From NCBI GenBank assembly GCA_937891975.1, contig CALAUA010000015.1:145378-209377 (forward strand): a stretch of 64,000 bases of DNA, in the 5' to 3' direction. The stretch comes from an uncultured Bacteroidales bacterium. GTDB lineage: Bacteria; Bacteroidota; Bacteroidia; Bacteroidales; Paludibacteraceae. Position numbers and translations under genes: made by a program. Below, in pieces: positions 32,257 through 40,911 of the stretch; within the stretch, counting starts at the first letter, position 1, and every line of letters begins with the position of its first letter. Under the pieces are notes generated by a model. The model ran no database searches, was not told the DNA's origin, and saw nothing but the letters and a program-made list of their open reading frames with translations.

Positions 32257-32607
32257 TGCGTTAACTTCTCGGAAACGTACTTGCTCGCGGCAGAAGCGGA
32301 ACTCAACTGGGCAGTACTTGAAGCCGCGTTCGTTGGTCACAGGTTTACCCCAAAATAGATAGGCATGCTCACCACGACGAACATAAGCACCTTCTTCTTT
32401 CCACTGTTCATAAGTCTTTAATTCGGCATCGATGAGGTTGTAGCACTCGCGAAGTAGCTGATTACAAGTGTATTTACTACGACCTGCTGCCTTTGCCATT
32501 TCTACAAGACCATCGGTAATAGTACGCAAATGCATACGGTAATCGTGCATCTTAGATGAGAGTTGATTGCTGGTGAGTGTATTCACCTCGTTGATTGTAG
32601 TTGTCAT
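32251..32607 (-). CDS. Small hypothetical protein (weak ArdC-N / DUF1738-like resemblance)
   Basis: 118-aa ORF. TYEQWKEEGAYVRRGEHAYLFWGKP resembles the ssDNA-binding N-domain motif of ArdC-type proteins. From memory only. Confidence 0.4.
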   Translation of the reverse strand: MTTTINEVNTLTSNQLSSKMHDYRMHLRTITDGLVEMAKAAGRSKYTCNQLLRECYNLIDAELKTYEQWKEEGAYVRRGEHAYLFWGKPVTNERGFKYCPVEFRFCREQVRFREVNAL

Positions 32608-32844
32608 AGTTGTAAAAAATTAAAAGTGAATAATATTTGATTTAAATTCTAGTTGGTTTCGCCAAAATTTGCATCCAAACAATAATACTGTAGATATTGT
32701 TGAATAATTCTGTAGCATTGGTGTGTAAATCCTTTTGGTTAAAATTCAATTCTAGTTGCATAATCTTACAAGTTTTAGTGGTTATTTTCAATTGACGGTG
32801 CAAAATTACTACATCAAACTGCTAAAACTTGTCAGTATCTAAGA

Positions 32845-32884
32845 AAAAATGCACTTTTTTTTGAGAAAAGTGCATCTTTTTGTT
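32845..32884 (-). terminator. Hairpin terminator downstream of the WYL gene (possibly bidirectional)
   Basis: atgcactttt / aaaagtgcat stem flanked by A-run and T-run. Confidence 0.6.
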
Positions 32885-32915
32885 TAGTGTTTAGAGTTTA
32901 GTGTTTAGAGGCTGG
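32881..32915. repeat. B-word array
   Basis: tgtttagtgtttagagtttagtgtttagaggctggg. The ending ttagaggctggg recurs at 62868-62880. Confidence 0.9.
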
Positions 32916-32928
32916 GTTTAAGTTTACC

Positions 32929-33831
32929 TTAAACACAATACATTTCGTAGGCTTTTTGGGCTTCGTCGCGGAAGATGGCAACTAACTCTTCGGGTTCGCG
33001 TATGCGGATATCTGTGCCGTGGGTACGTAACTCTTGAATGAAATCCAGAGTGGGAGCTATATAATACTCAAAAAATGTATTGCCGTGGAACTGGCGTAGC
33101 TCTTTTTGCGAAGCGTGCAAAGGCAAAAGGCGAAGAAATTGTGCTGATTGAGGCGTTGCTTCGATAATCACCTTCGTAGGCGTAGCATTGCGGAAAACTC
33201 CATAGTAGGGCGCAAAGAAGGACTTGGCGTTGAAGTTCTTAGGATAAACGAACTTGTCGGTTGTGGGGCGCATATCTTGTACCCGATCCAAGGCGTAGAT
33301 ACGCCTCTCATTGGGGTGGGTAGATGGGCAGCCAGCTACATACCATCGTTGCTTAAATACCTTTAAGCAATAAGGTGCAAGCGCCAATTCGTATTGCTCT
33401 TGGCGATTAAAACTGTGATATGTGAAGCGGAGTTGAGTGCGGTGCTTAATGGCATCTACAATCATACTCAGAAATTGTGCCCCCTCGGGAATATCTTCGT
33501 ATAAGATACATGCATTCATATCCTGTGCTTGATCCATCATGGAGTGTACCGCCATAGCATTGAGCAGCCATTTGCGAGTACCACCTGATATATCATCTTT
33601 ATTCTCTATGTAATAGACGTTGCCGCGCGACTTGCTACAACGGATAGTTACATCAAAAATCTCCTGTATTTCCTCTTTATAGCGATGGAACTTACGTTCA
33701 GGAAACTCCGTCTCATGGTTGTCGTTGTAGCGGCAATGTGCCCAACGACGGTTGATATCTTCGCGAGTTAGATTGCCAGAGGCAATCGTGTCAATCAACC
33801 AGAAATAAACGTTTACTTGATGTGCTGCCAT
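32929..33831 (-). CDS. WYL domain-containing transcriptional regulator
   Basis: 300-aa ORF. Central RFTYHSFNRQEQYELALAPYCLKVFKQRWYVAG fits the WYL-domain pattern. The N-terminal region is wHTH-like. Confidence 0.6.
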   Translation of the reverse strand: MAAHQVNVYFWLIDTIASGNLTREDINRRWAHCRYNDNHETEFPERKFHRYKEEIQEIFDVTIRCSKSRGNVYYIENKDDISGGTRKWLLNAMAVHSMMDQAQDMNACILYEDIPEGAQFLSMIVDAIKHRTQLRFTYHSFNRQEQYELALAPYCLKVFKQRWYVAGCPSTHPNERRIYALDRVQDMRPTTDKFVYPKNFNAKSFFAPYYGVFRNATPTKVIIEATPQSAQFLRLLPLHASQKELRQFHGNTFFEYYIAPTLDFIQELRTHGTDIRIREPEELVAIFRDEAQKAYEMYCV

Positions 33832-33841
33832 ATTGTGTGTT

Positions 33842-33870
33842 GAGTGTTTAGAGTTTAGTGTTTAGTGATT
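33842..33870. repeat. B-word array at the U32 / WYL junction
   Basis: gagtgtttagagtttagtgtttagtgatt. The U32 stop (33855-33857) is inside the array. Confidence 0.9.
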
Positions 33871-35618
33871 CGCATTTCGCAGTGTTTGCAGTCGAACTCT
33901 AGAGTGAGGATAGTGCCGTTTTGCAAACGCAGATAGCGTGGTTCGTTGGTCATAGGATTGCTCTTCCTACAGTGTCCTAACTCATGGAGGATACAATATT
34001 TGCAGGTCATGAGGGGGTAATGGGACGCTTCGCTGTAGGACGGCGTGCCGCCTATTGGATATTGGACGCCCGTTGGGCTATTGGGTAATGGACGCTTCGC
34101 TATTGGATATTGGACGCCCTGCGGGCTATGGGAAGCAATGAGCTCTCTACGCCATTGGTTGAGTAAGCTAGTAGGTATGAAATATGGGAAGGTGTCGGAG
34201 CATAATTGGTCGTGTGCAAAGATTTGGATATCGTTGGCGATATAATCAGTATCTCCGAGTTTGCTCAATTGCTGAATGATGGTTTGTAATGCACGCTCTG
34301 GGTTAGTGGCAGATTGATGCTCCGCTTCAAATATCGTACTCTTCTCTCCGATTGTTAGGCGATAGCCTTCTGGTATTATCTCAAAACGAATATCTACTGG
34401 TATTTGTCGTTTGGCTCGCAGCGAACGTAGAAATTCGTTATCGAGATTTCTATACAGCGTTGTTCCGATTACCCGATTCCCGATTTGCGACACCTGAATA
34501 TTTGGAAAAATCCAATCACCTTCTATACGGTTGATTGCGAAGCCTTGATCTTCGTAGCAGATACCATCGCCATTATGCAACGTGATATTGGGACGCAGTT
34601 GCACACGAATGGCATTGTGCTTGGTGGCAATGACTGTGCCAATCTTCTCGCCTGTGGATTTGGGTGTTTGCCAATTCGCCATTTTGGCGGTGCGACCGTG
34701 CAAGAAATAATCAGTACCTCCACGATGAAAAGTCTTAGCAGGGTTAGGAGTGAAACTATATTGATAGACCGAACGTGTAGAGGCATGTTGTAGAGTAGGA
34801 TGACTATCCATTAGTTGGTCAAGCAGTTGACGATAGTATGCCACAATATTGGTGACATAGTCGCGATCCTTTAATCTGCCCTCAATCTTGAAGGTGGTTA
34901 TGCCCGCTTCAATCATCTCAGCAAGATAGCGACTGCGGTCCATATCTTGCAACGAAAGCAGGTAACGCTGGTGAATAGGTTGTCCATTGTTGTCTATAAT
35001 CTCATTGCCATCTTTGTCTAGTAAATCGTAGCGTTGACGGCAGAGTTGGGCGCAGCAACCGCGATTGGCACTACGATTCATCAATGCCTCCGATAGATAA
35101 CATCTACCGCTATAGCTCACGCAAAGGGCTCCGTGGACGAAGGCTTCGAGTTCGATGGGGGCGACTTCGTCGCGGTGTAGGGTGTAGGGGGTAGAGTGTA
35201 AAGTATGGTGGATGTCGCGGATTTGTTCGAGGGATAGTTCGCGTGCGAGGACAGCACGACGGAACCCCATTTGTTGCAAGCGAAGTACTTGCTCTGGGGT
35301 GCGGTTGTCGCATTGCGTAGAAGCATGCAAGCGAATAGGTGGCAAATCGTAATCCAGCAAATGTAGGTCTTGGATAATAAGAGCATCTACTCCTACCTTA
35401 TATAGTTCGTGCGCGAGCGCGCATGCGCGAGGATATTCATCTTCGTGGAGCAGGGTGTTGAGTGTGACAAGTACTTTAACACCAAAGCGATGGGCATACT
35501 TGACCAACTGCGTAATATCCTCCAAAGAGTTGCCTGCTGCTTGGCGCGCACCAAACTCGGGTGCACCAATGTACACCGCATCAGCACCCGCTTGAATGGC
35601 TGCTATTCCTACTTCCAA
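33855..35618 (-). CDS. Peptidase U32 family protein (long form)
   Basis: AGADAVYIGAPEFGARQAAGN, EAFVHGALCVSYSGRCYLS. The conserved N-terminal SLLAPARDLE continues in frame upstream of the TTG at 35618, so the true start may lie at 35643-35666. Confidence 0.85.
   Translation of the reverse strand: MEVGIAAIQAGADAVYIGAPEFGARQAAGNSLEDITQLVKYAHRFGVKVLVTLNTLLHEDEYPRACALAHELYKVGVDALIIQDLHLLDYDLPPIRLHASTQCDNRTPEQVLRLQQMGFRRAVLARELSLEQIRDIHHTLHSTPYTLHRDEVAPIELEAFVHGALCVSYSGRCYLSEALMNRSANRGCCAQLCRQRYDLLDKDGNEIIDNNGQPIHQRYLLSLQDMDRSRYLAEMIEAGITTFKIEGRLKDRDYVTNIVAYYRQLLDQLMDSHPTLQHASTRSVYQYSFTPNPAKTFHRGGTDYFLHGRTAKMANWQTPKSTGEKIGTVIATKHNAIRVQLRPNITLHNGDGICYEDQGFAINRIEGDWIFPNIQVSQIGNRVIGTTLYRNLDNEFLRSLRAKRQIPVDIRFEIIPEGYRLTIGEKSTIFEAEHQSATNPERALQTIIQQLSKLGDTDYIANDIQIFAHDQLCSDTFPYFIPTSLLNQWRRELIASHSPQGVQYPIAKRPLPNSPTGVQYPIGGTPSYSEASHYPLMTCKYCILHELGHCRKSNPMTNEPRYLRLQNGTILTLEFDCKHCEMRITKH
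34021..34135. repeat. TATTGGA/CTATTGG word block (D-word) inside the U32 CDS
   Basis: ...ggacggcgtgccgcctattggatattggacgcc...gctattggatattggacgccc... encodes GVQYPIAKRPLPNSPTGVQYPIGGTPSYSE. Confidence 0.85.
34463..34490. repeat. E-word heptamers inside the U32 CDS
   Basis: ttccgattacccgattcccgatttgcga encodes QIGNRVIG. Confidence 0.75.
35174..35206. repeat. C-word heptamers inside the U32 CDS
   Basis: ggtgtagggtgtagggggtagagtgtaaagtat encodes HTLHSTPYTLH. Confidence 0.8.
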
Positions 35619-35650
35619 ATCACGAGCAGGAGCGAGGAGTGATATTTTAT

Positions 35651-35683
35651 AGTTGACAATTGACAGTTTACAGTTGACAGTTA
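35651..35683. repeat. GACAGTT/GACAATT word array at the trmH-like / U32 junction
   Basis: agttgacaattgacagtttacagttgacagtta. Includes the upstream stop codon. Confidence 0.85.
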
Positions 35684-36208
35684 GCGGAGCATATTGCTGA
35701 GTTGGTACATGACTATACCAGCAGTAACGCTGACGTTGAGCGAGTGCTTGGTACCATACTGCGGAATCTCAATACAACCATCGGCAGCATCTACTACCTC
35801 TTGTTGTACACCAAACACCTCATGTCCCATCACAATAGCAGTCTTTTGATTTTGAGGCAATTGTAGGTCACCAAGCATGGTCGCTCCATGTGCTTGCTCA
35901 ATGGCATAGACCGTATAGCCGTCGGCTTGCAACGCCTTGACGGCATCCAGAGTGTGCTCAAAATAGCGCCAATCCACGGTGAGTTCTGCACCGAGGGCGG
36001 TCTTGTGAATCTCGTTGTTGGGTGGACAGCAACATATTCCACACAGCCATACTCCTTGCAGGCAAAATGCATCCGCTGTGCGGAATACGGCACCGATATT
36101 ATGTTGGCTGCGGACATTGTCCAGTACCACAACGAGGGGTACCTTCTGTGCCTCGTGGAATGCCTCTGGGGTGAGGCGGTTCATTTCTTGTATCGTTGTT
36201 TTTTGCAT
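35681..36208 (-). CDS. SpoU/TrmH-family RNA 2'-O-methyltransferase
   Basis: LVVVLDNVRSQHNIGAVFRTADAF, IVMGHEVFGV, IEIPQYGTKHSLNVSVTAGIVMY. Confidence 0.85.
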   Translation of the reverse strand: MQKTTIQEMNRLTPEAFHEAQKVPLVVVLDNVRSQHNIGAVFRTADAFCLQGVWLCGICCCPPNNEIHKTALGAELTVDWRYFEHTLDAVKALQADGYTVYAIEQAHGATMLGDLQLPQNQKTAIVMGHEVFGVQQEVVDAADGCIEIPQYGTKHSLNVSVTAGIVMYQLSNMLR

Positions 36209-36244
36209 AATTGTTGTCTTGTGATCCTATAGCAAGGGTATAGG

Positions 36245-36343
36245 AATAGTGCGTGTATTGTGCGTTTATTGTGCGTGTATTGTGCGTGAATAGTGCGTCT
36301 ATTGTGCGTGTATTGTGCGTGAATAGTGCGTCTATTGTGCGTG
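36245..36343. repeat. Nine tandem 11-nt units WATWGTGCGTN (G-word)
   Basis: aatagtgcgtg tattgtgcgtt tattgtgcgtg ..., exact 11-nt phase. Fills the rimM / trmH-like junction and encodes the last residues and stop of rimM. Confidence 0.95.
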
Positions 36344-36841
36344 AAATATAAAAGGCAAACAGATGGTCAGTAATTCGTTTTCTTGGTCAATATTGATGAT
36401 AAAATCCTCGTGTAGCGGAATGAGTTGGTCGTTGTCAAGGGTGATGAGGGTGTTGATAGTGGTTTCATCCACGTGTACGATGGTGCCCAGTTCGCCTTGA
36501 TCGGTATCCAATACTCGGTAGCCCGTAAGACTTTGCCAAGTAGGCAGCAGTTCATCTTCTTCGCTTAGATCGCTGGCGAGCATATATGCCTGACAACCAA
36601 TGAGTGCTTGTGCCGATTGTTCATCCGTGATATGATCCAGTTGGAAGATAAGCGAGTCGCTACCTTTGCCACGCCAATCAAGTACACGGAAAGGAACAAG
36701 GATATTGTCGATGTTGAGAATAAGGAAAGTAGCATCTGCATTATCCCAAAACTCGTTGCTAGTAAGGCACTGAATTTCACCACGTTTCCCATGTGTGCGG
36801 GTGATGCGGCCAATAGCTATTACTTCTTCTTTTGTTATCAT
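36332..36841 (-). CDS. rimM: Ribosome maturation factor RimM
   Basis: IGRITRTHGKRGEI N-terminal motif, a PRC-barrel-like C-terminus, and size 169 aa. Confidence 0.8.
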   Translation of the reverse strand: MITKEEVIAIGRITRTHGKRGEIQCLTSNEFWDNADATFLILNIDNILVPFRVLDWRGKGSDSLIFQLDHITDEQSAQALIGCQAYMLASDLSEEDELLPTWQSLTGYRVLDTDQGELGTIVHVDETTINTLITLDNDQLIPLHEDFIINIDQENELLTICLPFIFHAQ

Positions 36842-39800
36842 TGTATAGTGTGAATAGTTTGTAGTGCATTATAGATGATATGCCCTTCGGTGGTATATCC
36901 CATTTGCTGTAGTAGCGTCATATAATCGCGTACTTGCTCAAGATGGGATTTGGGTTGTTCGTGACCGAATTTATAATCAATGACAATAGCATGGAGATCT
37001 TTAATCATCACGCGGTCAGGGCGTTGCATGTTGCCCGAAGGAGTGATGATGTCTTGTTCAGCGAGTATGCGGTATTGGTCAGTAAACCACTCATTGTGAT
37101 TTTCACGTTGTATGAGTGATTGGAGTTGAGCGAGTTGCTGACGCATTTCAATAGCTTGCTGATCAGTTACTTGTCCTTCTCGCAGTAGTTTCAATAACTG
37201 TGGTTCAGCATCCTGCCATGTGCGGATATGTGATAGCCAAAGGTGCATCAAAATACCTAAATCGACCGTAGCCAATGGGGTGTCTTGTGCGAAGTCATCT
37301 TCCGCTCTGCTGCGTAGCGTGAGTCGCTCTCCAATAGGTACAGACACGTATTGAGCAGGAATGGTAGGGAACTCGTCATCGTTGTCAGGAGGCAGTGGCG
37401 CAGGGACGCCTTGCGTGGGGATACAATAGATGAGTTGGTCATTAAGCAGGTTTTTGTAGATCGCATGCACTTCTGCTCCTACGCTACCTGCTGTTTTGCG
37501 ATTTAATTGCCCGTAGATGTATAAGCGGTATTTAGGGCGCGTAATGGCAACGTATGTGAGGTTGAGATTATCGATGGATTGAGCAATCTGCTCCTGAATA
37601 TATTCGTTGCGGAAATGCGATTGCAGCAGGGCTTGCGAAGGACGTATCGCCACCAGAGGTAGTTGGTTAAATGGTGGCATTTGTGGCTCACACCAAATGA
37701 TGTCGTTTTGGCGGTTTTTGGTTAGCTCCCACGTGAAGAATGGTATGAAAACGATGTCAAACTCTAATCCCTTGCTGCTATGTATGGTCATGATGCGGAT
37801 AGCGTCAGGGGCTTGTGGAGCAGGAATAGTTTTGTTTTTTCCTTTTCGTTCCCAAAACGTGAGGAATGCCTTGCGGTCTGCTGTGCGATTCTGAGTGAAT
37901 AGGTAGATAATATCTTGAAAAGCAGTGAGATATGGAATGAGTTCCTTTTGCTGCGGTAGTTGCAAGATGTCGATAAGTTGTTGTACTTGTTCATAGAGGG
38001 GAAGTCGCTGTGCTTGTAATATCGCATCGGTTTGCTTGTCAGTGAAATTGCCAAAATGCTGCTGGATATATGCTTGGTGTATTGGTTCGAGAACATGACC
38101 TTCTTGTTGAAGCAGGTTGATTAAGAGTTGTATGACAGGGTGAGCACCAAGTTGCAACCCCTCGGATGACTGCACATTGTAGCCATGGCCGATGAGGAAC
38201 TGCGCGAGCATAGCAGCTTGACTAGTATAGCGAACAAGTAGTGTAACTCGTTTGAGGTCAATACCTTCTTGCTGTAGCGATTGAAGTTGAAGATGCAATT
38301 GCTCGAGTGTTTGTTCTTCCGCAGTATCGCCTTCGAAGAACTGCATGTGGAAATAGCCCTGATATTGCTTGGCTGGTTCCTGATGCATATACTCTGGATC
38401 GAAGATATAGGCAATGTCAGTACCTAAATCATCTTGATTGTATTTTGTGCAGATGTTTCCTGCTACGCGTTGGCTAAACGCCTGCATCAGTTTTTCATTT
38501 TCTTGAATGATGATAGGGGCGGTACGCCAGTTGCTAGGCATGATATGTGCTTGATGGCGAGGGAACTGATAGGGGATGCCCTTGAGCAGGCTCCAGTCGG
38601 AGTTGCGGAAACGATAGATACTCTGCTTGACATCTCCAACAATCAGGTTGTCAGCATGATACCCTTCGCTTTCTTGGATGAGGGGCGCGAAATTCTCCCA
38701 TTGAAGTGCACTAGTGTCTTGAAACTCGTCAATCATATAGTGGCGAAAGTATTGCCCGAAACGTTCGTAAATGAATGGTGCTTCTTGTCCGTCAATGATT
38801 TGGTTGACCAGTTGGTTAGTTTCTGAAATGGGTAAGCGACCGATATGGCGATTGGTTGTTTCAATCTGTTTGGCTACATCTTGTAGAATACCAAGTGTGT
38901 AAAGATGCGGTAGAATCTCTTTGGCAGTAATATAATCACGTGCTGTCTTGCCTGTACATAGCTCGTTGAGCGAGAGGAAGATAGGAAATAGTTGCTTGTC
39001 GTAGATCTCTAGTAGAATAGTTTGCTCCGCTTTAGATGTCTTGGATTTGGTAAGAATTTTGATAGGGTCGGCAAGTACGTTGAAGAACGTAGTTCCCATG
39101 GCTGCTTTTAACCAATTCTCAGGGGATTTCTTGAAGGCCGCTAGGATATTTCTATTCCATTTCTCTTCTGCTTGGGTTTGAAAAATCAGATTGGCTTGTA
39201 GCAGTAATGTGGCGATTTGTTGCTCACTATTGGTGCAAATTTGCTGTAAATCAGTACGGTATTTCCGCAGGAAATCTTTATCTTCGAAAATCTCTTGCAA
39301 CTTAGGCATACGACGTATGACCTGTTCTCGAAGCAGTTGTCGAGAGAACAATTTAATGGATTCGTTAGGATTCCATCTATGATCTTCATCAATATTCTTC
39401 TGGATGAATTCGAGTAACCATTTGATAAGTTCCTTATCGTCAGTATATTCCTCTCTGATTCGCTTAAAGATTTCGTCCACAGCCTCTTGTATCATTTCTT
39501 CTCCATCGAGTGATAGGTCGTAGGTGGCAGATAGTCCTAGTTCTCGAGCAAAAGTGCGGATGACCTGCTGAAAGAAACCATCAATGGTAGAAATGGAAAA
39601 GCGTGAGTAGTCTTGCAAGATACCAATGAGCAGATGGTTAGCACGCTGCTGTAATTGTTCGATGGTGATACCTAGGTCCTGCAGCAAAAATTGTCTATGT
39701 AGAGAGTTTTCAGGATTGGTGGATAGAATGAACAATTCGTGTAAGATGCGCTCTTTCATCTCTGCTGTGGCTTTCTTGGTGAAGGTGACAGCTAAGATGC

Positions 39801-39921
39801 GGCTATGTGGAAGTCGTTTGTCGTCAGCAGGTTGCGCATCACGTAGCAACATACGTAAGTATTCGCGTGTAAGGGTGAAGGTCTTTCCACTTCCAGCAGA
39901 GGCATTGTAGATATGTAGCAT
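36838..39921 (-). CDS. UvrD/AddA-family helicase with a C-terminal PD-(D/E)XK (RecB-like) nuclease
   Basis: N-terminal Walker A in NASAGSGKTFTL, MIDEFQDTS, TIHSSKGLEFD. C-terminal RPDRVMI...VIDYKFG nuclease motif. Confidence 0.8.
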   Translation of the reverse strand: MLHIYNASAGSGKTFTLTREYLRMLLRDAQPADDKRLPHSRILAVTFTKKATAEMKERILHELFILSTNPENSLHRQFLLQDLGITIEQLQQRANHLLIGILQDYSRFSISTIDGFFQQVIRTFARELGLSATYDLSLDGEEMIQEAVDEIFKRIREEYTDDKELIKWLLEFIQKNIDEDHRWNPNESIKLFSRQLLREQVIRRMPKLQEIFEDKDFLRKYRTDLQQICTNSEQQIATLLLQANLIFQTQAEEKWNRNILAAFKKSPENWLKAAMGTTFFNVLADPIKILTKSKTSKAEQTILLEIYDKQLFPIFLSLNELCTGKTARDYITAKEILPHLYTLGILQDVAKQIETTNRHIGRLPISETNQLVNQIIDGQEAPFIYERFGQYFRHYMIDEFQDTSALQWENFAPLIQESEGYHADNLIVGDVKQSIYRFRNSDWSLLKGIPYQFPRHQAHIMPSNWRTAPIIIQENEKLMQAFSQRVAGNICTKYNQDDLGTDIAYIFDPEYMHQEPAKQYQGYFHMQFFEGDTAEEQTLEQLHLQLQSLQQEGIDLKRVTLLVRYTSQAAMLAQFLIGHGYNVQSSEGLQLGAHPVIQLLINLLQQEGHVLEPIHQAYIQQHFGNFTDKQTDAILQAQRLPLYEQVQQLIDILQLPQQKELIPYLTAFQDIIYLFTQNRTADRKAFLTFWERKGKNKTIPAPQAPDAIRIMTIHSSKGLEFDIVFIPFFTWELTKNRQNDIIWCEPQMPPFNQLPLVAIRPSQALLQSHFRNEYIQEQIAQSIDNLNLTYVAITRPKYRLYIYGQLNRKTAGSVGAEVHAIYKNLLNDQLIYCIPTQGVPAPLPPDNDDEFPTIPAQYVSVPIGERLTLRSRAEDDFAQDTPLATVDLGILMHLWLSHIRTWQDAEPQLLKLLREGQVTDQQAIEMRQQLAQLQSLIQRENHNEWFTDQYRILAEQDIITPSGNMQRPDRVMIKDLHAIVIDYKFGHEQPKSHLEQVRDYMTLLQQMGYTTEGHIIYNALQTIHTIQ

Positions 39922-39933
39922 GGCAGCAGTCGT

Positions 39934-40395
39934 TTAGTTGATTACACGCAATGTCAGACCGGTGACACTAGTATTGATTATAGTACGATATTTGCGTAGA
40001 GGTTCGTGTGTGAATCCTTGTGTAGGAAGTGCTAAACCATAGCTGAGATCAAACTGTTCGTTGCAAATAGGGCATACTGCATAGATACCATCTATCTCAA
40101 CGGGTTTGTTGGGTTTGAGGCAATGCGGACAGCAAAGGTCAGCAGCATGGTAGTTTCCATCCATTGCTATCCAAAGGAGCAAGCCAGCATAGCCTACGTA
40201 CTCGCGTTCGTATCTTGACTGGGTGACTGTAATCGTTTGGAAGCCGTTGTCAACGATGAAATGTGGGTATTCACTCGTGATATTGAGAGTGAAATTGACA
40301 GGTACGGAAGGCACCGAACTGCGGTAATTAGGGTTCTCGCAGCTGATAAAGAGTGTGGTAATGAACAATATGATGATATACGAATACCTCATCAA
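39934..40395 (-). CDS. Hypothetical lipoprotein with paired CxxC motifs
   Basis: Signal MMRYSYIIILFITTLFISC. CCPHC...CPIC suggests a metal site. Confidence 0.5.
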   Translation of the reverse strand: MMRYSYIIILFITTLFISCENPNYRSSVPSVPVNFTLNITSEYPHFIVDNGFQTITVTQSRYEREYVGYAGLLLWIAMDGNYHAADLCCPHCLKPNKPVEIDGIYAVCPICNEQFDLSYGLALPTQGFTHEPLRKYRTIINTSVTGLTLRVIN

Positions 40396-40868
40396 TTCAC
40401 TCTTTTGAGTTCTACACGGAATATGAGAGTGGAGTAAGGAGGAATATGGCTGCTGGTACCTTCTAAACCTGTGCCATCAATGCCATAGCCTAAATCGTAT
40501 GGAATGTAAAACTCATAGATGCCAAACTCGTGCATCTTTTTCAGCCCTTCGCTGAAACCTGGTACAAAGTCACTTACATAACCCATGTACTCTTCTGTAG
40601 CATCAAATTGATATCCATTGATGAGTTTGCCAGTGTATTTGATGGTAACTAGTTTGGTGTCATCTGGTCGTGCCGAGTGCTCCCAACCTGCGAAAATACA
40701 CTTGTATTGTAGCCCAGTAGGGGTGGATTTGACACTGTCGTTTTGGGCATTTTGGAGTAGCCACAGTTCGTTCTGTGTTTTCCAATCGAGCCAATCATTT
40801 TGTTTACAACTGCATACTAGCATAACCATGCATAGTAGGGCAAATATCTTTGTTGTTTTCATATGCAA
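40392..40868 (-). CDS. FKBP-type peptidyl-prolyl cis-trans isomerase (lipoprotein)
   Basis: GLQYKCI...VTIKYTGKLINGYQFD...IPPYSTLIFRVEL. Signal ends in LVCSC. The start may be the ATG at 40862. Confidence 0.8.
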   Translation of the reverse strand: MHMKTTKIFALLCMVMLVCSCKQNDWLDWKTQNELWLLQNAQNDSVKSTPTGLQYKCIFAGWEHSARPDDTKLVTIKYTGKLINGYQFDATEEYMGYVSDFVPGFSEGLKKMHEFGIYEFYIPYDLGYGIDGTGLEGTSSHIPPYSTLIFRVELKRVN

Positions 40869-40911
40869 ATACTATTTTTAATTCGTTTGTAGTTAATACT
40901 TTTCATTTTTG

